DNA of 64,000 nucleotides from Octopus vulgaris (GCA_951406725.2 OX597818.1:48298001-48362000); one strand, 5' to 3'. Shown: positions 27,415-40,885, counted from the first letter of the stretch. Numbers and translations: made by a program. Notes: generated by a model from the letters alone, not told the origin.

Positions 27415-27640
27415 TAACCCTTTAGCATTTAAACCGGCCATATCCGGCCAAAAGTATTCTGCCTATTTTATGTTCAAACTAGCCATATCTGGTCTCTCAC
27501 ACCAATCCTACAATATTGTTTTAAAAATTAAGTTACCTCATCAAAATCTCATAGCTACAAGATAATGCATGATTAATTCAAAACAATGTGGATGAAGAAG
27601 CATTAATTTTGGCAGAATAATGCAAACACTAAAGGGTTAA
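27415..27640. mobile_element. TTAA-flanked MITE (piggyBac-like), family M1
   Basis: ttaa|ccctttag...ctaaaggg|ttaa termini; related copies at 38690-38917, ~46915-47063, ~54090-54290 and ~60460-60895. Confidence 0.75.
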
Positions 27641-27879
27641 GGAAATAAAGATGAATTAGAACGATAAAACTTTTTAAAATAAATATATATATAAAAAATA
27701 CCTATACTTTTCACTGTTCAACCACCACCAAGACCATGTTAGTAACCAACTGAGGTTACTTTCATTTCTTATTTCATTTTCAGTTACCTAGCTACTTATT
27801 TATCTATTGGTATATTTCTCTATAGGCATATTTATTGATATCTGTAGACTTACTTGTATACTTATCTATCTATCTCTTT

Positions 27880-28281
27880 CTCTCTTTTACTTGTTTCAGT
27901 CATTTGACTGCGGCCATGCTGGAGCACCGCCTTTAGTCGAGCAAATCGACCCCGGGACTTATTCTTTGTAAGCCCAGTACTTATTCTATCGGTCTCTTTT
28001 GCCGAACCGCTAAGTGACAGGGACGTAAACACACCAGCATCGGTTGTCAAGCAATGCTAGGGGGACAAACACAGACACACAAACACACACACACACTTAT
28101 ATTTATATACATATATACGACAGGCTTCTTTCAGTTTCCGTCTACCAAATCCACTCACAAGGCATTGGTCGGCTCGGGGCTATAGTAGAAGACACTTGCC
28201 CAAGATGCCACACAGTGGGACTGAACCCGGAACCATGTGGTTGGTTAGCAAGCTACTTACCACACAGCCACTCCTGCGCCT
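27880..28281 (-). mobile_element. SINE family A
   Basis: Full-length reverse copy. Confidence 0.88.
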
Positions 28282-29869
28282 ATATATTACCTCCCTTGCC
28301 ATAAGTGTAACACACAGACAAAACAGCCAAGCATGCAGAAACAAAATATTGTAGATAGTTTTATTTATTTATTTATTTTTTATTTTATTTTATTTTTGCA
28401 TAGTAAGAGCTATCTAAGCTCTAAACTTATCATAAAACGGTTTCTTTACCAGCCCACCAAATCATTTGACCCACATTTTATGTCTGGACTTTCATCCCTT
28501 CTTCATCTGTCCAACCATTTGTTGTTCTTTATCAATATTTTCCACTTAAAATATATCAACATTAGTGGTAGTTTTGACCTATCCATAGCCAGCAGTATAA
28601 TATGCTTTTCCATTACCTAATGCTCTGATAGATTAATGTGAATCGTTATGTGATAAGATATAAATATATCTCTAAATAAACAATCTCCATCAAAAAAAAA
28701 AAAAAACTTGCAAAAATCAATTTCATTCACAAAAGTGCATTTTATCATCTCAGCTGTGTTTTATCAGTGTTTCCTGCCAATTACACACAACATCAAAAAA
28801 ATTCTTCACTTCATCGGAACGACTTCATCTTCACCATCCTCATCATTTAACTGTTTCCCATGCTTGCATGGGTCAGACAAAATATGGTGAAGTAGATTTT
28901 CTACAGCCAGAAGCTCTTCCCGTTGCCAACCTTTACCTATTTCCAAGTATAGATATAGATATAGATATAAAATACAGTATTTGTGAATCAGAAAGTGCTT
29001 AAAGATTTTCACCTAATATCTCATATCATCTGCTTATCATTTGAAACTGTGCCAAGGACATTGCTTAACTCATGCAAATAGTATGCTGTCAGCCTTAATT
29101 GCTTACAATTATTTCTGGAGCTGATTATCTTGTCTCTAAACAAGACACTTAACTCTATTTACTTGAGTAATTTTAGATTTATTTTTTTCCAAAAATATTG
29201 CAACACATGCAGAATTATTTTACGCTTAATCTGTGTGCAAATGTGTGCAATTTTACATTGGTGACCATTGTCTACCTTGGTAAATCAAAACTCACTTCGT
29301 TGTGATTCATAGATCTCTTAACCAAAGTTCACGTGTAAATGAAAAATTCCATTGTAATCAAAGATCTATTTAGTTCACTAACGAGCTTGATTAAATGAGC
29401 TGATTTTTCGTTAGATTACTTCTATTGGTTTACCTCAAATCTTTCTTTTGTCTCAAAATTTCGCTCAATTTCTATTTTCTATAAGAGTTTGAATGTTCAG
29501 AAGTATCTGCAAGTTTTGGGGTTTAATATTTCTTTTAATTTTAAAGCTGATTACTTCAGTTATAATTTAAATTAAAATGTCCCAACTTTTGTAAATTGCT
29601 TCTTTTAAATATGATATAGTTTTTTATTTACTACTTTGGTGAAAATATGATGATCATCATCATTGTTTAAACGTCCACTTTTCCGTGCTTGCTTGAGTCA
29701 GATGGAATTTGTTGAGGTTGATTTTTCTACAGCTGGATGCCCTTCCTGTCACCAACCCCAATTTGTTTCCCATGACTAGATGAGTTTTCACAGAAGACTG
29801 GAAACAAAAGACATCATTTGCATGACAGTGACACTCATTTACAACTATCACATGATGTCAAGGCAAGGA

Positions 29870-30092
29870 GACACATATGCATACACACACACACATATGC
29901 ATACACACACACACATATGCATGCACACACACACATATGCATTCACACATACACATATGCACATACACATATGCACACACACATATGCACACACATACAT
30001 ATATGCATGCACACATGCACACGCACAAATATGCATGCACACACATACATATATGCGCACGCACACACACACACACACACATACACATATAT
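29870..30092. repeat. Compound (CA/TA/TG) low-complexity microsatellite
   Basis: Directly visible; source of the His/Thr and Val/Cys ORFs. Confidence 0.95.
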
Positions 30093-30520
30093 GACAAGCT
30101 TCTTTGAGTTTCCTTTTACCAGATCCTCTCACAAGGCTTTAGTTGGCCTTGGGCTTATAGTAGAAGATACTTGCCCAAGGTGCCACACAGTTGGACTGGG
30201 TTCAGAACCATATGATTGATAAGTAAACTTCTTACCACACAGCTATGCCTGCTCCATTGATAATGTTTTACAAGGATGTTGTCAGTTCTAATCTATTGAT
30301 GAAATTTCATGAAATATAAAAAGTGATTTCTCCAATTTATTAATTCCATTGCTACATAGAGGATCTTTTTTTTTTTTTTTTTCAGTCACAAATTGCATTT
30401 TAATGACTTTGTGTGTACATTATTTTAATATAGTGTATACACAACTGTCACATCTTCTCTAGAGCTCTATTCTAAAACTCATAAGCAATACTTGCAATAT
30501 GATTCAATGTTATAACCATC

Positions 30521-30945
30521 AAAGCGGCGAGCTGGCAGAAATGTTAGCACACGGGGCAAAATGCTTAGCGGTATTTTGTCTACCTCTATGTTCTGAGTTC
30601 AAATTCCGCCAAGGTTGACGTTGTCTTTCATCCTTTCGGGGGTCGATAAATTAAGTACCAGTTACGCACTGGGGTCAATCTAATCGATTTAATCCCCTTG
30701 TTTGTCCCCTCTATGGTTAGCCCCTTGTAGGCAATAAAGAAATAAGAAACATTAGCACGCTGGGCAAAATGCTTAGTGGTATTTCGTCTGTCTTTTACGT
30801 TCTGAGTTCAAATTCCACCAAGGTCAACTTTGCTTTTCATCCTTTCGGGGTCAATAAATTAAGTATCAATTGTGTACTGGAGTCAGTCTAATTGATTGGA
30901 TCCCTCCCCCAAAATGTTGGGCCTTTGCCAAGAGTAGAAAAGAAT
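30521..30945 (+). mobile_element. SINE family B dimer (second unit with an alternative 3' end)
   Basis: gcggcgagctggcagaa head; second unit joined at gaaataagaaacattagc. Confidence 0.8.
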
Positions 30946-31042
30946 ATAACCATGAATTTTGCGCTTTCTTCAGTTTATCATTGACATTTTACAATAGTCT
31001 TCAAAAATCCAAAGATTTCAGTTGAATGACAAAACAGGAAAA

Positions 31043-31168
31043 GTATGTTTCGTTTTGGGATTTGGTTTGCAAGATTCTTTGTGATTTCGTGTGTTGAAGC
31101 TTATTCTGTTATGTCTGGGGAGAGTCAATTATAAGGCACAAAAAGAAAATTACTCTCCCCAGGAGAAT
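31043..31168 (-). mobile_element. Short PLE-like fragment with internal inversion and 10-bp TSD
   Basis: aacaggaaaa at 31033-31042 and 31169-31178; inverted ctggggagagt/actctccccag; minus strand near the left end reads PKRNILF, like KRNISL at 16987. Confidence 0.45.
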
Positions 31169-32705
31169 AACAGGAAAATAATAAATAAAGCCCTTATATT
31201 ACAACTTCCCATATTTCTTGACCAACAAACTTAAAGTATTATGCTTACATAAGAAACCTTTGTTGAGAATGTAAAATCTGCTCAGATTCACAGTGGAGGT
31301 TCATGGTTTTAGGAACTTCATCTAAGCATGTAGTTTTCCTGTAAATAAGTTTGGTAGGATGGGCAATTATGTGGAGGCACGTGGCTTAGTGGTTAGGGTG
31401 TCAGTATCATGATCATAAGATTGTGGTTTCGATGCAAACAAAACTATCCAGGTTTCACTGCTTAAATTTGTGGAAACAAATTAAAATAAAACGCATCTCG
31501 GGAATCCATGGTCCGATTTATGCGAAACTTATTTTATTCTGTTTGTATTCACCTTTCAGGATTACCTTACTTTCAGAGTATTTTCCCATTATACACTGGT
31601 TTGGCTGTATTAAATTACAGACAAGCAAGCAAGTGACCACAGACTTTTAGTATTATTTATATCATCATCATCGTTTAATGTCCGCTTTCCATGCTAGCAT
31701 GTGTTGGACGATTTGATTGAGGACTGGCAAACCAGATGGCTGCACCAGGCTCCAATCTGATCTGGCAGAGTTTCTACAGCTGGATGCCCTTCCTAACACC
31801 AACTCCAAAAATGTAGTGGGTGCTTTTACTTTCCACCGGCATGAGGCCAGTCAGGCGGTAATGGCAATGGCCATGCTCAAATGGTGATTTTTACATGCCA
31901 CCTGCACAGGAGCCAGTCCAGCAGCACCATATATATATATAATTTGTAGAAAAGCATACATCTGGAGAAGCACACTCCAAGATGGGGTCAGACGATATGC
32001 TGTAAGGCCAAACCCCTTATGGACAAAAAACCCAGGGTAACTCCATAAAACCTGCCACCCCCATTATAATATATATATATGTGTGTGTATTTTAATTGTG
32101 CTCTGTGTTTATTTCTCAGAAATATTCAAGACTTAAACCATAAAAAAAAAATAATGCCCATCTAAAGTTATCACAATAATGAATCCGTTTAATAGTTTGC
32201 CTGAAACTATCAGAAAATTGTATTCAACATTCCTTTTGTGACCTATATATTGAAATGTTATCAGCAAACTAATGTAAATAGTAAGGTGTAAGGAATAGAG
32301 CACTGCTAAGTGATAGGGCTGAAGAACTTCTAAATCAATGTAAATATATCAGCTGTTGTAAAATTTGTTGAGATAAAGCTTTCTTGATTTGACCAACTCC
32401 CTCAAATTAGCATTATCAAAAGGCAGTTTATCATTTTCGCTACCATAAAAGGAACTCAGCAGCTTAGGTAAATATGTACAAGTTGCCCAACCACTAATCT
32501 TGATATTTGATTGATTTTTTTTTTCTTTGTAATTGTCCTCATGAGAAATACTCAATAGTAAAGGAAAGTTGTGTTCAGCTTACCTGATCAATCAACTTTG
32601 ATACGTGACAAATGTCTATTAACCCTTTTGTTACTGTATTTATTTTGAGATGCTCTGTATTTCTTTCAAATACTTTAAATATAACAAAGAATTTAGTAAA
32701 ATAAC

Positions 32706-33563
32706 TTATCTATCTATCTATCCGTTCAGTTGAAGTCGACTCTCGGTTACTCAATGGATCAGTGTTCTCCAGCCAGTTCTATCCTGGGTCACTTCTTTCA
32801 GATTGGCTATGGCCATTCCCGTGTCACTCTTAATGGTGTCGAGCCAGCGGGTTCTTGGTCGGCCTCTTCCTCTCTTGCCACTGACCATTCCGAGCAAGAT
32901 GTCCCTCTCCAGGGATTTTCTCCACATAATATGACCAAAATATGCCATCTATGCTTGGTGATCCTAGCTTCTAGCGACAGTTTCGGCTTGATCTGGTTAA
33001 GAACCTCTCCATTGGTGAGCCTCGCTGTCCATGGAATCCGTAAAAGTCTTCTCCAACACCAAAGCTCGAATGCATTAATTCTCTTCTGGCCAGCTTTCTT
33101 TAGTGTCCAGGTCTCGCATCCATATGTTGCTATTGGGAAGACGATTGCATTCACCAATCTGCATTTGGTAGTGAGGCTGATGTCTCTACTCTTCCAGACC
33201 ATGCTGAGCATTGCCTCTCTGCCTAGTACTATCTGCCGCCTTATTTCTGGAGTGCAGTTAGCATCTTGATTTATTTTGGAGCCAAGGAAGATAAAATCAT
33301 CAACCACTTCGATCTCTTCATTATCGATCTTGATGCTGATGTTTGTTGTGGCTGCTGTTGACATGATCTTCGTTTTCTTAACATTGAGGTACAGCCCAAA
33401 TTTCTCACTCTCTTTCTTGACTGGCAGAATAAGATTCTCTAGACCCTTATTATTTTCTGCCAGCAGGGTTGTATCACCTGCATAGCAAAGGTTATTAATA
33501 TTTCTTCCTCCAATCTTCACTCCAATGCTGCTATCCTCAACGCCTGCATTCCTCGTGACCTTT
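32706..33563 (-). mobile_element. 5'-truncated RTE-clade (BovB-like) LINE: RT C-terminal half and 3' end
   Basis: ORF 33520-32807 has GGRNINNLCYAGDTTLLA (YADD>YAGD), GLYLNVKKTKIM, FIFLGS, YGCETWTL, AFELWCWRRLLRIPW; after a frameshift YFGHIMWR..LERDILLGMVSGKRGRGRPRTRWLD; (TAGA)n tail. Confidence 0.92.
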
Positions 33564-34455
33564 CCATTAAGCTAGTGTTAGGAACATTAATTGTGACTAA
33601 GGTTTTGTGGAAGATTTTTATTCAAAATTTATGAAAACAAGACATTTGTACTGAGCCAAAGCCGGTTTCAGCCGGGTTGGTATCAAAAGGATTAAGCATG
33701 AAATTGGATACAGTGAATGTATTTGTAATATTATTTACAGTGCTGTGGCATACTTAAGTGGACAAATAAGTGGATTTTAAATTTGAGAATTGAATCAAGA
33801 ATAAAGTGGATATGTATAAAATATACATTAAAAAAAAGCCCAAACTTACTCAAAATTTAAAGTTAGGTTTTCTTTAGAATATACTTGTTACAGTGATAAC
33901 AAGTATTGACAAATTTAGACTGTTGCCTATTGAGCCAATTCTGTTGGAGTGGGAGATCAATTAACTATTGTAAACAATAGATGCTAAGTGCTGTGAAATA
34001 TGTATAGCTACAGAAAAAAATATGCTAGCATATTGATTAAAACAAAGTTATTTTTAGTGGTGTTCATATTATATTACATCATACATATTTATACTACACT
34101 TTGATCTTGACCAAACGGCTGATGTATATATATATCATCATTGTTCATCATATGGTATGGTTGATCTTGTTGAAAACAAAACATTTATTGATGGTGGGAC
34201 TTTTTATATTTAGTAGAGTAAAATTTATTGATTTCACTGAGACTTAAGTTTTACTATTAATGAATAAGGCGCCGGAGTGGCTATGTGGCAGGTAGCTTGC
34301 TTACCTACCACATGGTTCTGAGTTCAGTCCCACTGTGTGGCACCTTGGGCAAGTATCTTCTACTATAGCCTCGGGCTGGCCAAAACCTTGTGAGTGGATT
34401 TGGTAGCCGAAAACTGGAAGAAACCTGTCGTGTGTGTGTGTGTGTATATATATAT

Positions 34456-34751
34456 ATCACGTGACCGACCAGACCATCAGATGTTGCTACACGTCGCTGG
34501 TCACAATGCATTCGCATTGATTTAGCCTTCAAATGACGCCACCCCGCTGGCTAAGCGAGCAGGCCAACAGCAGAAAGAGTGAGAGAAAGAGTGGTGAAAG
34601 AGTACAGCAGGGATCACCACCCCCTGCCGGAGCATCGTGGAGCTTTTAGGTGTTTTTGCTCAATAAACACACACAACGCCCGGTCTGGGAATCGAAACCG
34701 CGATCCTCCGACCGTGAGTCCGCTGCCCTAACCACTGGGCCATTGCACCTC

Positions 34752-34753
<2 letters not shown>
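34456..34753 (-). mobile_element. tRNA-derived SINE family E nested in a SINE-A microsatellite
   Basis: Minus-strand head tggcccagtggttagggcagcggact..ggtttcgattccc; 3' fragments also at 22795-22907 and 63895-64000; related heads at 19745-19990 and 51925-52180. Confidence 0.82.
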
Positions 34754-34826
<73 letters not shown>

Positions 34827-35615
34827 CCTTCATTCATTGGACAATAAACTTTGCTTACGAAGACCTATTGAGGCAAGTGAAATCAAATCAAAATCACTGA
34901 CACAGCCGATGACAGTACTGCTTGATTGGCAGTCATGCCAGGGGAACATTAAAAGCACATCCAAGCATGATTGTTGCCAGCGTTGCCTTACCGGCACATG
35001 TACTGGTGGCATGTGAAAAACATTTGAGTGTGGTCATTGTCAGTGTCGCAAGACTGGCTCCCATGCAGGTAGCACATAAAAAACACCTTTTGAGTGAGGT
35101 CATTGCCAGAACTGCATGACTGGCCCTCATGCCAGTGTTAGGAAAGGCATCCAGCTGTAGAAACTTTGCCAGATCAGATTGAGCCTGGTGCAGCCTTCTG
35201 GTTCACCAGTCCTCAGTCGAGCCATCCAACCCATGCCAGCATGGAAAGCAGACGTTACACGACAACGATGATGATGATGATAATGATGTGTGTCTGTGTT
35301 TGTCGCCCCAAACATCGCTTGACAACCAATGGTAGTGTGTTTATGTCCCTGTAACTTAATGGTTCGGCAAAAGAGACTGATAGAATAAGTACTAAGCTTA
35401 CAAAGAATAAATCCTGGGGTCACAGCCTGGCCGCAGTCAAATGACTGAACCGAGTGAAAGAATATATATATATGTGTGTGTTTGTATTTTCTTTATTTAT
35501 TTATTTTTAAAAAAACAAAATAGAAAAAAAACTATTAATTGTAAAACTTGAAAAAATCAATGAAATCAATATTATCTATATATATATGTCTGTCTATATG
35601 GCTATCTATCTTTCA

Positions 35616-35664
<49 letters not shown>

Positions 35665-36330
35665 GAAGCTAAAAATAAACTTCACAAATTCTTATGAGTT
35701 TTCTGTTTCAATCTTGGAAGAATTATGGAAAAAGGAATATAAGAATGATATTTACTTGAATGGAGATCTTTGACTATCACAACAAACTTTGTATAAAAAA
35801 ATTGATCAAAAGTATTTTATTGGCTGATGATATTACCATTATTCAAAAACTATATCAGGGGATGGCTGGATGGATAGATAGATAGAGAGAGAGAGGGGGG
35901 GGGGTAGGGGTGATTTGCCAGCTAGCATGGAAAGCTTGCAGGTGGTGGTGGTGGTGGGTGGGGGCACAGGAAGAATGATCAGAAAAGATAAAGAATCAAG
36001 TTAATTTGCATGCACAAGTGGGAAATGGTTGGAAAGAGAAAGGAGGAGAATTTTTGAGTGTGGCTGGAGATGGGAGGAGAATAACAATGAGAAAGGTGGA
36101 GTGGCTTGTTGGTCAGTATAACCTAAGGAGGGGGTAGTTGTTAACAAGGTCATTGACCGGCAGACAGCTTGACAATAATATTAGCTGCATTCCTGTCTGT
36201 AAACACATTTAACTGTAAACAGCAATTGTCAAAAAGGAAAAAAAACATAGCAGCCTCATATTGCCCTAGAATTCTATATTAATGAATTTGGTTTAGTAAT
36301 GGAATACAAGTGGTAACATTGACTGGTTAT

Positions 36331-36710
36331 AGGTGCAGAAGTGGCTGTGTGGTAAGTAGCTTGCTTACCAACCACATGGTTCTGGGTTCAGTCTCACTGC
36401 ATGGCACCTTGGGCAAGTGTCTTCTACTATAGCCCTAGGGCAACCAAAGCCTTGTGAGTGGATTTGGTAGACAGAAACTGAGAGAAGCCTGGCATATATA
36501 TGTATGTTTGTGTGTCTGTGTTTGTCCTCCCAACATCACTTGACAACCGATGCTGGTGTGTTTACGTCCCTGTAACTTAGCGGTTCAGCAAAAAAGACCG
36601 ATAGAATAAGTACTAGGCTTACAAAGAATAAATCCTGGGATCGATTTGCTCGACTAAAGGCGGTGCTCCAGCATGGCCGCAGTCAAATGACTGAGACAAG
36701 TAAAAGAGTA
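36331..36710 (+). mobile_element. SINE family A
   Basis: Full-length copy. Confidence 0.86.
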
Positions 36711-37357
36711 TATGATTGAAGAACAAATGCTTTTGAAAAATGTGTGCATGCCACTTATTTGTACCTGTGTAATAAACACCATTACTATTAATATATGCAG
36801 GAATTTTTATAATATACATAATATAATGTATGTGTACAAACAGGTGCAGTTATGGTGGTGTGCTTGAGAAGTTTGCTTCCTTACTGTGTGGTCTTGGGTT
36901 CGGTATTATTAGGGAGTACCTTAGGCAAGTGTCTCCTAATATAGTTCTCTGGTGACCAAAGCTTTGCTAGTGCTTTTGATAGACCTCGCTTGAATGTTTT
37001 TTTTTTTTTACCTCGCTCATCATCATCATCATCATTTAGTGTCCGCTTTCCATGCTAGCATGGGTTGGATGGTTCTACTGGGGTCTGTGAAGCCAGAAGG
37101 CTGCATCAGGCTCAGTCTGATCTGGCAGTGTTTCTACGGCTGGATGCCCTTCCTAACGCCAACCACTCCGAATATGAAATTTTGTATTTAGTTCACGGAC
37201 CCCTCAGAACTACCTTTGCAGACCACAGGTTGGGAATCACTGATATATACTTAATCTTTAATACTGTTCTACTTAAAACATTATTTCCAAATTTGATTAA
37301 ACTGCTCTCCTCCACCCACACATCCTCTCATCAGCTCACATTACGTCCCATCCAACA

Positions 37358-37560
37358 TTGATCATAATTCAACATTGCATTACATGCTTCACCCTCATCC
37401 AAACCACATTTTACACTCAATTTTTCCCCTGAATTAACACATTAAACTGAACACACTCATTCATCCATAATCATTCTAGAGCTCATGCATTCACTGCCCT
37501 ATGTTTCACAACATCAAACTTCTTCCACCTGCCTCCTCATAAAAGCCTATAAACAACATT
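37358..37560 (+). repeat. ~200-bp local direct duplication, copy 1 (copy 2 at 39330-39546)
   Basis: Near-identical otherwise unique sequence ttgat(c/t)ataatt..aacattgcattacatgcttcaccctc..cataaaagcctataaac; copy 2 has a short internal insertion. Confidence 0.9.
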
Positions 37561-37693
37561 TCTTTTTGTAATTAGCACAGCTAACATCTAGATTTTGAAG
37601 GTCAGTGTTTGAAACGTTTGATGATGACTTCTGATAAGTTCTGTTATTTAGATGACTTAAGGGAGCATGGTGTCAGCAAGGGCTCAGTATATG

Positions 37694-38662
37694 TATTTCT
37701 TTACTACCCACAAGAGGCTAAACACAGAGAGGACAAACAAGGACAGACAAACGGATTAAGTCGATTATATCGACCCCAGTGCGTAACTGGTACTGATTTA
37801 ATCGACCCCGAAAGGATGAAAGGCAAAGTCGACCTCGGCGGAATTTGAACTCAGAACGTAAAGACAGACGAAATACCTATTTCTTTACTACCCACAAGGG
37901 GCTAAACACAGAGGGGACAAACAAGGACAGACAAACGGATTAAGTCGATTATATCGACCCCAGTGCGTAACTGGTACTGATTTAATCGACCCCGAAAGGA
38001 TGAAAGGCAAAGTCGACCTCGGCGGAATTTGAACTCAGAACGTAAAGACAGACGAAATACCTATTTCTTTACTAACCACAAGGGGCTAAACACAGAGGGG
38101 ACAAACAAGGACAGACAAACGGATTAAGTCGATTATATCGACCCCAGTGCGTAACTGGTACTTATTTAATCAACCCCGAAAGGATGAAAGGCAAAGTCGA
38201 CCTCGGCGGAATTTGAACTCAGAACGTAAAGACAGACGAAATACCTATTTCTTTACTACCCACAAGGGGCTAAACACAGAGGGGACAAACAAGGACAGAC
38301 AAACGGATTAAGTCGATTATATCGACCCCAGTGCGTAACTGGTACTTATTTAATCAACCCCGAAAGGATGAAAGGCAAAGTCGACCTCGGCGGAATTTGA
38401 ACTCAGAACGTAAAGACAGACGAAATACCTATTTCTTTACTAACCACAAGGGGCTAAACACAGAGGGGACAAACAAGGACAGACAAACGGATTAAGTCGA
38501 TTATATCGACCCCAGTGCGTAACTGGTACTTATTTAATCAACCCCGAAAGGATGAAAGGCAAAGTCGACCTCGGCGGAATTTGAACTCAGAACGTAACGG
38601 CAGACGAAATACGGCTACGCATTTCGCCCGGCGTGCTAACGATTCTGCCAGCTTGCCGCCTT
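37694..38662 (-). mobile_element. SINE family B pentamer, exact 184-bp period
   Basis: Units start at 37694, 37878, 38062, 38246 and 38430; only the last carries the head; near-TSD gctcagtatatg (37682-37693) / gctcggtatatg (38669-38680). Confidence 0.92.
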
Positions 38663-39139
38663 ATATATGCTCGGTATATGGAGGGATGTTTAACTCTTTA
38701 GCCTTCAGATTCCTTTGTCCAATTTATTGCTTGTTTAGTCACATTGTTTTGAATTTATCTGGCATTATCCTGTAGCTTCAATATTGCAATGATGTGATTG
38801 TTTACTTTTAGAATGACATTGTAGGGTATGTGTGAGAGGCTGGATCTGGTCAGTTTGAATATAGAAGAGGCAGAATATTTTGGCCGGATATGGCCAGTTT
38901 AAATGCTAAAGGGTTAAGGAACTACTACTTTTGACAGCAACTAAATGAGTTTCTTTATACAAAGGAAGAAAATATATGCAAGCATTGCTGTGTGGTTAAG
39001 AAATTTTCTCCCTAACCACATGGTTTTGGGTTCAGTCTCAGTGTGTGGCACCATGGGCAAGTGTCTTCTCTTATAGGCCCAAGTTGACCAAAGCATTGTG
39101 AGTGGATTTGGAAGATGGAAATTCATAGAATTTACCATC

Positions 39140-39329
39140 ATTTTTTTCCATTTTAATGCATTTTTTCGCTATTATATAAGAGAGGTAACTCTCTAAAAAT
39201 GTCTACGATGAGTCAACGATTTAAAAAAAAATTTACCATTTTTTTTCTATTTTTTGACTATAACTCTCTAAAAGTGCTTATATAGTTATTTCCCTTAGAA
39301 ACCCGAGCAACGCCGGCCGATACTGCTAG
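39140..39329 (+). mobile_element. Helitron-like 3' end
   Basis: GC-rich subterminal hairpin-like cccgagcaacgccgg followed by CTAG|T terminus at 39326-39330. Confidence 0.6.
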
Positions 39330-40885
39330 TTGATTATAATTTAACATTGCATTACATGCTTCACCCTCAGCCAAACCACTGTTTACACTCAGTTTTTCCC
39401 CTGAATTAATGTTGGACATTCAACACATTAAACTGAACACACTCATTCATCCGTAATCATTCTAGATCTTATGCATTCACTGCCCTATGTTTCACAACAT
39501 CAAACTTCTTCCACCTGCCTCCTCATAAAAGCCTATAAACAGCATTATACATGGAATTCAAAGAAGCCCATTATATATATATATATATATATATGTGCAA
39601 GTGCCTCCTTGTCTTGACACTGCGTGACAGTTTCAAGTGTCGCTGTCATACAAACAGTATCCTTCATTTTCACGGTTCTGTGCAAAACATGTCTGGCTAA
39701 GGAGAAATATTACCTTGCTTGGAAACGGGTGAGGGTCGGCAACAGCAAAGGCATCTGGCCATAGAAAATCTGTCTTCATCCAACCCATGCAAGCATAAAG
39801 AAGTGGACACTAAAATGTTAAGTGATGATGATGATGATAGCTGTTTATATCAGAAATATGGTCCATTACATGTGAAAGACAGAATAAACACAAAAGAACC
39901 GAGTATTCCTCAGTTAATGTATTCAGGGGAGATGAATTATTGGAAAGAGACAGGTAATAGTTGACCAATGCCATAATTAATAGACTTTACCTGTTGTATT
40001 TTATACTAAGTAAGGAGGACTAGTGATAGGCAAAGGCATGGCTGTGTGGTAAGAAGCTTGCTTCTCAACCACATTGTTCTGGGTTCAGTCCCACTTGTGG
40101 CACCTTGGGCAAGTGTCTTTTACTATAATGAGTGAATTTGTGAGTCGAGGGAAACTGCAAAAAAGCCTGTTGTATATATTGTCTCTGTGTGCGTCTTTGT
40201 ATGTGTTTGTCCCTCACCACCACTTGACAACCGGTGTTGTTGTGTTTACATTCCCATAACTTAGTAGTTCAGCAAAAAGAGGCTGATAGAATAAGTACTA
40301 GGCTTTAAAAAAAAAATCCTAGGATTGAGTTGTTCGACTAAAACCCTTCAAGGTGGCGTCTCAGCATGGCTGCAGTCAAATGACCAAAACAGGTAAATCA
40401 TCATCATCATCGTTTAACGTCTGCTTTCCATGCTAGCATGGGTTAGATGATTTGACTGAGGTCTGGCGAACCAGATGGCTGCACCAGACTCCAGTCTGAT
40501 CTGGCAGTTTCTACATCTGGATGCATTTCCTAACACCAACCACTCTGTGAGTGTAGTGGGTGCTTTTATGTGCCACCAGCACGAGGGCCAGTTAGGTGGT
40601 ACTGGCAACGACCACGCTCAAATGGTGCTTTTTATGTGCCATTTGAGCATGGCCGTTGCCAGTACCACCTAACTGGCCTTCATGCCGGTTAGGTGGTACT
40701 GGCAACGGCCACACTCGGTAATTTAGAGAGGGAGTTTTGGAAAGTTAAATCCATGTAAGATTGGTAAAAGCAGATGTTAATTCAACTGTGTTTCGCTAGA
40801 AATCAAATATTTAGTTTCTTTCGAAGATGCATGCTATGAGTAAAATGTGTTTCAGTATTTTTTATTTTGCTTTCTTTACTTTCAG

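Noticed and set aside
29780-30219. His/Thr- and Val/Cys-rich ORFs
   Set aside because: Translations of CA/TG low-complexity repeats; the same applies to the many HTHTHT and YIYIYI ORFs.
32730-33269. 179-aa + strand ORF
   Set aside because: Antisense shadow of the RTE reverse transcriptase frame.
37694-38662. CRISPR-like or satellite array
   Set aside because: Units are whole near-identical SINE bodies without unique spacers; eukaryotic context.
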